64,000 nt of DNA from the NCBI GenBank assembly GCA_007118855.1, contig SKQU01000026.1, positions 4,505-68,504 on the forward strand. Reading direction: 5' to 3'. Positions 46,925-55,333 of the stretch are shown here, piece by piece. The first letter of the stretch is position 1; each line of letters opens with the position of its first letter. The position numbers and the translations under genes are program-made. The DNA comes from Spirochaetaceae bacterium. GTDB lineage: Bacteria > Spirochaetota > Spirochaetia > DSM-27196 > SLST01. Under the pieces are notes generated by a model. It saw only the letters and a program-made list of their open reading frames with translations, was not told the origin of the DNA and searched no databases.

Positions 46925-47413
46925 ATGGGAGACTTCGCCAGCATACTCGAGGAGTGGGAGTCGATGCGTCGCGGCTCCCAGCGGCAGGGTTCCGACGGGT
47001 CGCGGCTGCCCAGACCGCATGTGACAGATCCGCAGGAGGACACCGCCTGGCTTGAGCGGGCGATCGACCGGTACCCTGTCGTCGACAAGGATGCCGGTGA
47101 GGAGCCTGAGCCTGGCGAGACGGTACGTCCCGAGGATCTGCCCGTTGACGACTCGCTCGACCTGCACGGGTATACGCTCGCAGAGGCGCTGACCGCGACC
47201 GAGCAGTTCGTCAGCGCCAGTCTCGCGCGTGGACTGCGCAAAGTCATGGTCATCCATGGAAAGGGCAGGAACGGCGAGGGTGTGCTCAGGCGTGAGGTGC
47301 GACGCTACCTCGAACGCCACCCGTCGGTCGGTCGGATGGGCTATGCGAGAGGCCCGGACGGCGGGCGAGGCGCGCTATGGTCGCTGCTGCGGTACGGGGG
47401 GCAGGATCGCTGA
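46925..47413 (+). CDS. Smr-domain protein
   Basis: LDLHGYTLAEAL ... VIHGKGRNGEGVLRREVRRYL. The track start is TTG 46916; ATG at 46925 is preferred. Confidence 0.8.
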   Translation: MGDFASILEEWESMRRGSQRQGSDGSRLPRPHVTDPQEDTAWLERAIDRYPVVDKDAGEEPEPGETVRPEDLPVDDSLDLHGYTLAEALTATEQFVSASLARGLRKVMVIHGKGRNGEGVLRREVRRYLERHPSVGRMGYARGPDGGRGALWSLLRYGGQDR

Positions 47414-47423
47414 GTGGCCTCGT

Positions 47424-47642
47424 CTATCGTTCGCGGTAAATGATCCTGCCTCGGGTCAGGTCGTAGGGAGAGAGCGCAACTTTGACCTTGTCGCCCGGTA
47501 CGATGCGGATGTAGTGTTTTCGCATCTTCCCCGAGAGGTGAGTGAGGATATTGTGGCCGTTCTTGAGCTCCACGCGAAACATGGTGTTTGGAAGAGACTC
47601 CGTGACGACCCCTTCTACTTCGATTGCTTCCTCTTTTGCCAC
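47424..47642 (-). CDS. infA: Translation initiation factor IF-1
   Basis: 72 aa: [72 protein letters not shown] start after AAGGAG. Confidence 0.95.
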   Translation of the reverse strand: MAKEEAIEVEGVVTESLPNTMFRVELKNGHNILTHLSGKMRKHYIRIVPGDKVKVALSPYDLTRGRIIYRER

Positions 47643-47661
47643 AGCAACTCCTTTTCACGAG

Positions 47662-47691
47662 ATCTTACGTAATTGATTGCGTCGTTGTCAA
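47662..47691 (-). promoter_or_regulatory. Candidate infA promoter (TTGACA-N18-TAAGAT)
   Basis: On the minus strand, TTGACA is at 47691-47686 and TAAGAT at 47667-47662. Confidence 0.4.
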
Positions 47692-47787
47692 TTCCACCGC
47701 CGGATCAGCAATCGGACATTCGCGCCGTGTTGACTTTATGTGCGGGATTCACCAGATTAAGGGACCTTTGGGTCTGGGAGGCGGTCC

Positions 47788-48144
47788 ATGGACAAGGATT
47801 TCGTCGAGCGGATGAAGGTCAAGTTGCTCGATATGAAGGCGGAGATTCTGCAGAATCTCCTCGCCGAGGACGAAGAGTTTCGGGACATCATCGAGAAGGA
47901 TGACTCCAAGGATCTCGTTGATATCGCGAGTACGGATATTGACAAGACTACACTGGAGGCGCTCGGAAGTCAGGAGATCAAGCGTTTGCGGCTGATCGAG
48001 GCGGCTCTTTCGAGAATCGACAGCGGCAGCTACGGCCTCTGTCTCAAGAGTGGCGAACCGATTCCCAGAGAACGTCTCGAAGCGATCCCGTACGCGCTCT
48101 ACCGCATTGAGTACCAGAACGAGGTGGAACGCAGGAACCGGTAA
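47788..48144 (+). CDS. dksA: DksA/TraR-family protein with a degenerate (single-Cys) zinc finger
   Basis: 118 aa. Coiled-coil N-terminus. The C-terminal GSYGLCLKSGEPIPRERLEAIPYALYRIEYQ retains only 1 of the 4 Cys of the CxxC-N17-CxxC motif. Confidence 0.8.
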   Translation: MDKDFVERMKVKLLDMKAEILQNLLAEDEEFRDIIEKDDSKDLVDIASTDIDKTTLEALGSQEIKRLRLIEAALSRIDSGSYGLCLKSGEPIPRERLEAIPYALYRIEYQNEVERRNR

Positions 48145-48173
48145 ACTCCCCTCACCATCCTTCCGATCATAAG

Positions 48174-48578
48174 ATGGAGGGTATGGTGATGATCGGTATA
48201 CAGGCACAGCAGGTATCTGGTCGATCGGTTCATCTGGCAAACATCCTCCGCGCGCAATACTCACAGGCCAAGGTCTCTTTGCCGGTCAACAACGGACTGT
48301 ACGCCCGGCTCAAACACGTTCAGGGTGTGCCCAGCCAATCGAGCACGGGATACTCACTGTCAAAGCTGCAGATGATCGATCTCATGGTCGAACGGCTCAC
48401 GAGCCTGCGCGGGCAGCCGGTTGGCATTCCCCGGCCGTCGTCCGAGCAGGAGGCCGGCAGGGCGGTTGAGTCACTCGCGCGTGAGCTTCACCAGGCGCTG
48501 AAAGGCGCCGCGACGAACCTCGGCTCCTTCGCCTCCGGAGTCGTGGAGAGCGGAATGCTGATAGACCTCGTCGCGTAG
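48174..48578 (+). CDS. Hypothetical protein (~130 aa)
   Basis: ORF 29 nt after dksA. Three in-frame ATGs (48174, 48183, 48189). GGAGGG is best placed for 48189. I recognise no motif. Confidence 0.5.
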   Translation: MEGMVMIGIQAQQVSGRSVHLANILRAQYSQAKVSLPVNNGLYARLKHVQGVPSQSSTGYSLSKLQMIDLMVERLTSLRGQPVGIPRPSSEQEAGRAVESLARELHQALKGAATNLGSFASGVVESGMLIDLVA

Positions 48579-48592
48579 CCGGCTCGCGCCGG

Positions 48593-49273
48593 TCAGATCT
48601 GCGGATTCGGGGAGAAATCGTTGTTGGCTATCTCGCGCTCGAGCGTTGAGTGCGGGCCGTGCCCGGGAAAGAGGCGCGTCTCGGGGGGGAGCTCGAACAG
48701 CCTTCTGCGGATGCTCTTCGTCAGTTTTTCCAGATCGGCGCCGACGACATCCGTGCGTCCTACCTTCTTGAAGAAGAGCGTGTCCCCGGAGAAGAGGATC
48801 CCCCGCTCCTCGCTGTACAGGCAGACGCTGCCCTGACTGTGGCCCGGCGTGTGGATCGTCACGAAGTCGGTGTTGAGCACCGGATCTCCGTCCTTGAGGA
48901 AGAATGTCGGTCTCGGCAATTCGGTGTAGAGCGCGTCGAACGCCTCGATCGCGTCGGGGCCGAGAGCCTCGAAGAGCTCTCGATTGGTCTGCTCACCTTT
49001 GGGAGGAAGGTAGGGTCGATCGCTGCGATGGATTCCTACCTCCATCTTCTCGACGCGGTCGCGGTAGCGCTCAATGATCGCCCGGGCCGCGGCCGTATGG
49101 TCGAGGTGCCCGTGTGTGAAGACGATTGCCGTGGGAACGACGTTCAGGATCTCCAGTCGCGACAGGAGCAGTGGTGCGTCCGCGCCCGGGTCGACAACCA
49201 TGCACTCCTTCTTGCCGGTAGCAACCACATATGCGTTCGTGTACAGTGAACCGACAATGATGCGCTCTACCAT
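48593..49273 (-). CDS. MBL-fold metallo-hydrolase (glyoxalase II-like)
   Basis: 226 aa from ATG 49273. THGHLDHTAA metal motif, HTPGHSQGS, and C-terminal PGHGPHSTLERE. The track ORF has a spurious 5' extension. Confidence 0.85.
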   Translation of the reverse strand: MVERIIVGSLYTNAYVVATGKKECMVVDPGADAPLLLSRLEILNVVPTAIVFTHGHLDHTAAARAIIERYRDRVEKMEVGIHRSDRPYLPPKGEQTNRELFEALGPDAIEAFDALYTELPRPTFFLKDGDPVLNTDFVTIHTPGHSQGSVCLYSEERGILFSGDTLFFKKVGRTDVVGADLEKLTKSIRRRLFELPPETRLFPGHGPHSTLEREIANNDFSPNPQI

Positions 49274-49315
49274 TATTGATAAAAATATACCATTTATACT
49301 AATTGGGCAAGCTGC

Positions 49316-50449
49316 GTGATCTCCCCTCTCATGGCGGTCATCCTGGTCTCCCTGCTCTTCTACCTCGTCATTCCCGGCGTCGGTGCGTTCAACGTGCGCC
49401 GCCAATGGCGCATGTTCCGTCGCAGGGTGATCGATGCGAGCCTTCTGCCCCCGGTGACCTTTGCGTCTGCGAGGCGTCCGCGGGACGACCACGGGACACC
49501 ACTGAAGGCTCGTTTCGTGGGAACCCTTGAGAGTATACAGGGGGAAAACACCGCCTGGATCCGGGGGCCGGACATCACCGTCGCCGTCGACATGAGCGTG
49601 AGCGACGTCTACCTCGTCGCGCACAGCCCGACCGACCGACCGGACACACCCCCGGCCCGTACGAGCTGGTCACGCCTTGGATCTCTTCCGGGGGGGATGA
49701 AGGTGCTCGTGAGCGGAATCCTGGACTCCAGCGAGCCGCACCCGGCCATCCGTTCGGGCCACGGGGAACCGGTGCTCGCCGTTTTCTACGACGGGCCGGA
49801 ATCGACGCTTGTGCGCCGCTGCGTATGGAGCGGGAGGCAGCTCAACGAGTACTGGAACTCCGCGACCCCGCTCGCGCTCGCCGGAGGCACCTTCGCCCTG
49901 ATCGTGGTCGCATACGTGCTCCTGAGGCAACCACTTGCGCTTCCCCTCGCACGACTGGCCATCGCGCTCGCCGCGGTTCCGGTGCTTCCGCTGCTGCCGC
50001 CCGGGATCGTGTTCTTCTACCTGTACCGTCTGGGCTGGAGACGCGGCCGAGTCCTCAGGGCCCACCGGGACGTCATCCAGCTTCCGTTGCGCTACCTCCC
50101 GGACGACGCCCGGTGCGCAACGTTGCCCAACGGCGAGCTCTACTGCATGGATGACTATCCGCTGGAAGCAGCAGGCGCCCTGCAGCAGGAGGGGCTGACT
50201 GTGATCGATCCGCCGCTCGGCGGGAACCCGAACTCGTGCACGGTCTTCGGGCGAGCGGCGGAGGGGCGGCTTGCCCCGCCGCTCGACGCGCTGTGCGAAT
50301 GGACCGCCGTCCACGGAGATCCGCGCCTTGCGTCGGCCCAATGCCAACGACGGGCGCGACGATACGAGCTCGGCTCGGTGGTGATCCTCGGCGTCGGCCT
50401 GCTGGTGAACTTCCTGCTCACGATGGCCGTACTCGTTATGGTCCTGTGA
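49316..50449 (+). CDS. Uncharacterised polytopic membrane protein
   Basis: 377 aa (GTG 49316, or ATG 49331). Hydrophobic helices at the N-terminus, middle and C-terminus. Divergent from the MBL gene across an AT-rich 42-bp gap. Confidence 0.55.
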   Translation: MISPLMAVILVSLLFYLVIPGVGAFNVRRQWRMFRRRVIDASLLPPVTFASARRPRDDHGTPLKARFVGTLESIQGENTAWIRGPDITVAVDMSVSDVYLVAHSPTDRPDTPPARTSWSRLGSLPGGMKVLVSGILDSSEPHPAIRSGHGEPVLAVFYDGPESTLVRRCVWSGRQLNEYWNSATPLALAGGTFALIVVAYVLLRQPLALPLARLAIALAAVPVLPLLPPGIVFFYLYRLGWRRGRVLRAHRDVIQLPLRYLPDDARCATLPNGELYCMDDYPLEAAGALQQEGLTVIDPPLGGNPNSCTVFGRAAEGRLAPPLDALCEWTAVHGDPRLASAQCQRRARRYELGSVVILGVGLLVNFLLTMAVLVMVL

Positions 50450-50453
50450 GTTC

Positions 50454-50481
50454 CGCCTGAGAGGCTCTCGCCTGAGAGGCT
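50454..50481. repeat. Tandem 15-bp duplication (CGCCTGAGAGGCT x2) between convergent genes
   Basis: Copies at 50454-50466 and 50469-50481. Each contains a GCCT-gag-AGGC mini-palindrome. Confidence 0.8.
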
Positions 50482-51619
50482 ACTTCTTGCGGGCGAAGTT
50501 CACCGTGAGCTTTCGTCCCCGCAGCTCCTTGCCATTCAGCTCATCGACGGCGGTCTGCGCCTTCTCCAGAGCGACTTCCACGAACGAGTAGTTGTCGAGC
50601 ACCTTCACCTGGCCTATATCATCCTGGCTGATCGCGTCCGCGCTCGTGAAGAAGGTGATCAGGTCACGGGATCGAACCCTCTTGCTGCGGCCGATGCTGA
50701 CGAAGATGCTCTGCTTGTCGGAGGTCGATTTGTCAGAGTTCGTTTCGTCCTGCTTCCTGGCCGTCCGTTCCTTCCGCGGTCGTCCGCCGCCGGCCTGGCC
50801 CTCCAGACTCTGTTTGAGCAGATAGGCAAGGATATAGCCGCGGTTGAACGGCGTGGTGTACTTGCGAGCGAGCTTTCTGTACTGGTTGAGCTCGACGGGA
50901 TCCTCTTCGTGATGGATCGCGTGCACCGCAGCGTCAATGAGCCGCTTCAGCTGCTCGGGGTCAAACGGCAGGTCACTCATGGTTCTCTCCTCGTGGTTTG
51001 ATCTGGAGGGAGCGGATTGGGGAACCCAAGAACAATCGGTCGCAGTTATCGGGCGCCGCAGCAGGTCCTCGAGCAGGTCGAACTCCTTGCCGAGATCGGC
51101 GACGAGGACGATCGTGGTCGGTCGTCGTCCGAGCTTGGCGTAGATGAAATGGAGGTCCGCGCTGAACTGCTCGGCATTCTCGTCCCTGGGCAGGGAGATT
51201 GCGACGGTCGAGACTGCCGACAGATCGATCGTATCCCGGCGAATGTGATCGATGATTCGCGCCGGCGGGGCGATCAGCACGTCAGGACGCCGCTCCGCCA
51301 CGCCTTCTTCTCGCCGCCCGCCGGTCTCCGGCCGGAGGCTCACGACCGTCAAATCCAGACCCGGCTCAATCCGCGCCATGACCTCGCTGGTCAGCGACGA
51401 GACCGACTCGCTCGAACCGGTCACCACGATCGACTCGAGACGAGAGCGAGGGGGTCGGGACCTTCGGCCGCCGATGCGCGACGAGGCGTAGCGGGCCACA
51501 GCCGCGCGCGCAACTGCCCTCATACGGTCACCGGCGTCCGGTGCCTCAGCGATGAGATCACGTCGATGGCGGACGTGCCGGGCGATCAGCCGCTCCAGGG
51601 CGTCCAGCTCGCGTGCCAT
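50480..51619 (-). CDS. DbpA-type RNA-binding-domain protein with a degenerate partial DEAD-box RecA1-like region
   Basis: The C-terminal ~75 aa (IFVSIGRSKRVRSRDLITFF..VKVLDNYSFVEV..LNGKELRGRKLTVNFARKK) resembles the DbpA/YxiN RBD. The N-terminal half aligns by eye to DEAD-box motifs Ia-III, but all are substituted. ATG 51619 is preferred over the TTG track start. Confidence 0.65.
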   Translation of the reverse strand: MARELDALERLIARHVRHRRDLIAEAPDAGDRMRAVARAAVARYASSRIGGRRSRPPRSRLESIVVTGSSESVSSLTSEVMARIEPGLDLTVVSLRPETGGRREEGVAERRPDVLIAPPARIIDHIRRDTIDLSAVSTVAISLPRDENAEQFSADLHFIYAKLGRRPTTIVLVADLGKEFDLLEDLLRRPITATDCSWVPQSAPSRSNHEERTMSDLPFDPEQLKRLIDAAVHAIHHEEDPVELNQYRKLARKYTTPFNRGYILAYLLKQSLEGQAGGGRPRKERTARKQDETNSDKSTSDKQSIFVSIGRSKRVRSRDLITFFTSADAISQDDIGQVKVLDNYSFVEVALEKAQTAVDELNGKELRGRKLTVNFARKK

Positions 51620-51811
51620 AGTCTTTCTCGAACCCTGTGCGTTTCCGCGAGCCACGTACAATCCGTCTCTCTTTCCTGATGAGAGAATAGCGAGGTACGC
51701 TAAGTCGTGTCAACGGCACGATTTCGGGACCCCCCGGGTCAGTGGACAGAATATGGGCTACAATCTTATCAAGTCGTCGGTCCGAGTGACCGATCTACAT
51801 GGCAGGTGAGC

Positions 51812-53020
51812 ATGAAATACGCAGGAATAATGATGTGGGCGGTGTGTGCGGCACTTTCGTGGGCCGAACCGACCGTACGGCTCGAGTACGTCTACGAAGA
51901 GGGCGAGCAGTACCGGGTGCTCTCCACCGTTGAGCAGGATGTCTGGCTCAACGGCCGGTTTTCGCACCATGCGACAATCCTCAACCGCATATCGATCTCG
52001 GTCCCTCGCGTTTCCGACGGCCGTGGATACCACCGGGCGATCTTCGTGACTTCAGAGGAGGCCGTGGGAGGAGCCGGAATCTCGGAGGTCTTCACCTGGG
52101 GTACCGAGTACGAGTCCGAGTTCTGGCGCGACAGGCTCGGGTACTACGAGATCGAGCCGCAGTACTACATGCCGGTCGTGCGCGACGTGCCGGTCTTCCC
52201 GGACCGGCCGCTTCGCCCCGGAGAGACCTGGAGCGCAGCGGGCAACGAAGTTCACGATTTCCGGCGCAGCTTTGGTATTCCTGAACCGTACGAGTTTCCG
52301 ATTCCCGTCACCTACCGGTTTCTCAGCGTCGAGAAGCGCGACGGGAGGGAGTTTGCGCTGATCAACGTTCGTTACAACGTGTACTACCGGCCCGACCGCA
52401 GGTATCCCGGCGCCGTCTACCCGGTGAGAATCTCCGGCTACAGCGACCAGCTCTTGTACTGGGATCTGCGCGCAGGGCGCCCGCACGAGTACGAGGAGCG
52501 CTATGAGTTCGTGTTCGTGCTCTCCTCCGGTGATGAGGTCGTCTACGAAGGGACCGCCGGCGCCCGGGTGATCGAGGCCTCACGCATGGACCGCAGCCTT
52601 ATCGCCGCGGAGGTGCGGCGCGATCTCGATGAGCTCGGGTTCGAGGATCAGGACGTCGTGGAGGACGAACGAGGCGTTACGATACGGCTCGACAATATTC
52701 TGTTCCCGCCCGATTCGCCTCTGCTGCGGGCGAGCGAGAAGGAGAAGCTCGACGGCATCGCCGAAATACTCCGCCGCTACCCGGAGCGTGACATCCTGAT
52801 CAGCGGTCATACCGCGCTCGCGGGCACCGAGGCGGGCCGCATGCAACTTTCTCAGGAGCGTGCCGCGGCGGTCGCCGGCTACCTGCTCGAGCTCGGCGTT
52901 CGCGATCGCGACCAGATGATCCTCCGAGGTTTCGGGGCAACCGTCCCCGTCGCGGACAACGCGACGGAGGCGGGACGCCGACGCAACCGGCGCGTTGAGA
53001 TCACGATTCTCGAAAACTGA
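51812..53020 (+). CDS. OmpA-family (peptidoglycan-associating C-terminal domain) protein with a signal peptide
   Basis: 402 aa from ATG 51812 (SD AGGTGAG). Signal MKYAGIMMWAVCAALSWA. C-terminal ILFPPDS...ISGHTALAGTEAGRMQLSQERAAAV...RRRNRRVEITI. Confidence 0.8.
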   Translation: MKYAGIMMWAVCAALSWAEPTVRLEYVYEEGEQYRVLSTVEQDVWLNGRFSHHATILNRISISVPRVSDGRGYHRAIFVTSEEAVGGAGISEVFTWGTEYESEFWRDRLGYYEIEPQYYMPVVRDVPVFPDRPLRPGETWSAAGNEVHDFRRSFGIPEPYEFPIPVTYRFLSVEKRDGREFALINVRYNVYYRPDRRYPGAVYPVRISGYSDQLLYWDLRAGRPHEYEERYEFVFVLSSGDEVVYEGTAGARVIEASRMDRSLIAAEVRRDLDELGFEDQDVVEDERGVTIRLDNILFPPDSPLLRASEKEKLDGIAEILRRYPERDILISGHTALAGTEAGRMQLSQERAAAVAGYLLELGVRDRDQMILRGFGATVPVADNATEAGRRRNRRVEITILEN

Positions 53021-53041
53021 CCCGCCCGGCAACCGAGCCAC

Positions 53042-53098
53042 TTGCCGCTTCCCGGTCGATATGGTATCCTAAAGTCAACCAATACAGTTGGTTTACTT
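53042..53098 (+). promoter_or_regulatory. Candidate cysK promoter (TTGCCG-N17-TATCCT) followed by an 11-bp-arm inverted repeat
   Basis: TATCCT at 53065-53070. Inverted repeat AAGTcAACCAA-tacag-TTGGTTtACTT at 53072-98 (one mismatch), ending 14 nt upstream of ATG 53112. Confidence 0.35.
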
Positions 53099-53111
53099 GG
53101 GTAGGTATGCC

Positions 53112-54047
53112 ATGCCAATCGCACAGGACATGACGGATCTCATCGGCCGCACTCCCATGGTGCGGCTGAACCGGCTCGGTGCGGGTCTCCCGGGGACCGT
53201 GGTGGTGAAGCTCGAGAGCTTCAACCCGGGCTCGAGCGTCAAGGACCGGATCGGGCTCGCGATGATCGAGGCAGCCGAGGCCGACGGCACGCTCAAGCCC
53301 GGCGCGACCATCGTGGAGGCGACCAGCGGGAATACCGGGATCGCGCTCGCCTACGTAGCCGCGGTCAAGGGGTACCGGGTGATCCTTACCATGCCTGACA
53401 CGATGAGTGTGGAGCGCCGACGCCTGCTCCGCGCCTACGGAGCGGAGCTCGAGCTCACCCCCGGCCCGCAGGGGATGCGCGCCGCGGTTGCACGCGCCGA
53501 GCAGATCGTCGCCGAGAATCCGGGGGCAATCATGGCGAGCCAGTTCCGCAACGAGGCGAACCCGCGGGTCCATCGGCGCACGACCGCCGAAGAGATCTGG
53601 ACCGACACGGACGGCGCGGTGGATATCTTCGTGGCGGCGGTGGGAACAGGCGGTACGATAACCGGCGTGGGCGGGCGGCTGAAGGAGCTCAAGCCTTCGG
53701 TCGCAGCGATCGCGGTGGAGCCTGACACCTCTGCGGTGCTCTCAGGCGGGCAACCGGGGCCGCACAAGATTCAGGGGATCGGCGCGGGGTTCATCCCGGA
53801 CGTTCTTGACCGGTCGGTGATCGACGAGATCGTTCGGGTGACTTCCGATGATGCGACGCGGATCTCCCGCAGGCTCGCAGCGGAGGAGGGGATCCTCTGC
53901 GGGGTCTCGGCCGGGGCGAACGTCTCGGCGGCGCTGGAAGTCGCCGCAAGGCCGGAGAACCGTGAGCGGATGATCGTCACCGTGATCTGTGACACCGGCG
54001 AGAGATACCTGAGTACCTGGCTCTTCGAGCAGAAGGAGGATTCATGA
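53112..54047 (+). CDS. cysK: Cysteine synthase A (O-acetylserine sulfhydrylase)
   Basis: 311 aa. [13 protein letters not shown] (PLP Lys), [10 protein letters not shown] and GTGGTITG. Confidence 0.92.
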   Translation: MPIAQDMTDLIGRTPMVRLNRLGAGLPGTVVVKLESFNPGSSVKDRIGLAMIEAAEADGTLKPGATIVEATSGNTGIALAYVAAVKGYRVILTMPDTMSVERRRLLRAYGAELELTPGPQGMRAAVARAEQIVAENPGAIMASQFRNEANPRVHRRTTAEEIWTDTDGAVDIFVAAVGTGGTITGVGGRLKELKPSVAAIAVEPDTSAVLSGGQPGPHKIQGIGAGFIPDVLDRSVIDEIVRVTSDDATRISRRLAAEEGILCGVSAGANVSAALEVAARPENRERMIVTVICDTGERYLSTWLFEQKEDS

Positions 54048-55333
54048 GCTACCAATTCGAGACGCTGGCGCTTCACGCCGGGCAGGTCAAGAGCGCCGAG
54101 ACGCCGAGCCGGGCGGTTCCGGTGCACCGCACGACCGCCTACAATTTCCGTGACACCGAGCACGCGGCGAATCTCTTCGCCCTCAAGGAGCTCGGGTACA
54201 TATACACGCGGATCATGAACCCCACGCAGGAGACGCTCGAGCAGCGGATCGCCGCGCTCGACGGCGGGGCGGCGGCGCTTGCGCTCGCGAGCGGCACGTC
54301 GGCGATCTACTACTCGATCATCAATATCGCGGAGGCCGGCGACGAAATCGTGTCGAGCTCGCACCTCTACGGCGGCACCTATACGATGTTCAACGACATC
54401 CTGCCGCACTACGGTATCACCGTTCGCTTCGCCGACCCGAACGACATCGACGCGATGGAGGCGGCGATCAACGAGAAGACGCGGGCGCTCTTCGTCGAGT
54501 CGATCGGCAATCCGGCCCTCTCGGTGCCGGATCTTGAAGCGCTCGCGGGTCTCGCCCACGCGCACCACCTGCCGCTGATCGTCGACTCGACTTTCACCAC
54601 GCCCTATCTCTTGCGGCCTGTAGAGCACGGGGCCGACATCGTGTGCCATTCGCTGACCAAGTGGATCGGCGGTCACGGAACGGGTATAGGCGGGATCGTC
54701 GTTGACTCCGGCACCTTCGACTGGACGAAGGGGCCGTTCCGCACGATGAACGAGCCGGAGCCGAGCTATCACGGCATCCGGTTTGCCCGCGACCTCGGCG
54801 ATCTGAACCCGATCGGGTACATCCTGCGCATGCGCGTGGTTCCGTTGCGAAATCTCGGGTCGGCCATTGCGCCGGACAATGCGTGGATGTTCATCCAGGG
54901 CACGGAGACGCTTGCCCTGCGCATGGAGCGCCACTCGCAGAATGCCATGGCGGTTGCCGAGTATCTGGAGAAGCATCCGGAGGTTGACTGGGTCCGGTAT
55001 CCCGGCCTTCCGAGCCATCCGACGCACGCGAATGCCGCCAAGTACCTCAAGAAGGGGTACGGAGGGATGGTCGTCTTCGGCATCAAGGGCGGAAGATTCG
55101 CAGGTGAGCGCTTCATCAACCGGCTCGAGCTGTTCAGCCACGTGGCGAACGTGGGCGACGCAAAGAGCCTCGCGATCCACCCGGCGAGCACCACCCACTC
55201 CCAGCTCGACGAAGAGGCGCAGGACTCCGCCGGGTCGCATCCGGAGCTCGTCCGGCTTTCGATCGGGCTCGAGCACGTAGATGACATTGTCGCCGACCTC
55301 GAACACGGGCTCGGCGGCGCCGGGAGCCGGTGA
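54044..55333 (+). CDS. metY: O-acetylhomoserine (thiol)-lyase / sulfhydrylase
   Basis: 429 aa. [16 protein letters not shown] and [11 protein letters not shown] (PLP Lys). ATGA overlap with cysK. Confidence 0.9.
   Translation: MSYQFETLALHAGQVKSAETPSRAVPVHRTTAYNFRDTEHAANLFALKELGYIYTRIMNPTQETLEQRIAALDGGAAALALASGTSAIYYSIINIAEAGDEIVSSSHLYGGTYTMFNDILPHYGITVRFADPNDIDAMEAAINEKTRALFVESIGNPALSVPDLEALAGLAHAHHLPLIVDSTFTTPYLLRPVEHGADIVCHSLTKWIGGHGTGIGGIVVDSGTFDWTKGPFRTMNEPEPSYHGIRFARDLGDLNPIGYILRMRVVPLRNLGSAIAPDNAWMFIQGTETLALRMERHSQNAMAVAEYLEKHPEVDWVRYPGLPSHPTHANAAKYLKKGYGGMVVFGIKGGRFAGERFINRLELFSHVANVGDAKSLAIHPASTTHSQLDEEAQDSAGSHPELVRLSIGLEHVDDIVADLEHGLGGAGSR

Noticed and set aside
47643-47787. The 145-bp infA/dksA intergenic region and the 150-bp region at 51662-51811 as possible tRNA or small RNA loci
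   Set aside because: No cloverleaf-compatible stems or conserved tRNA boxes are visible. The content is adequately explained by divergent promoters and SDs.
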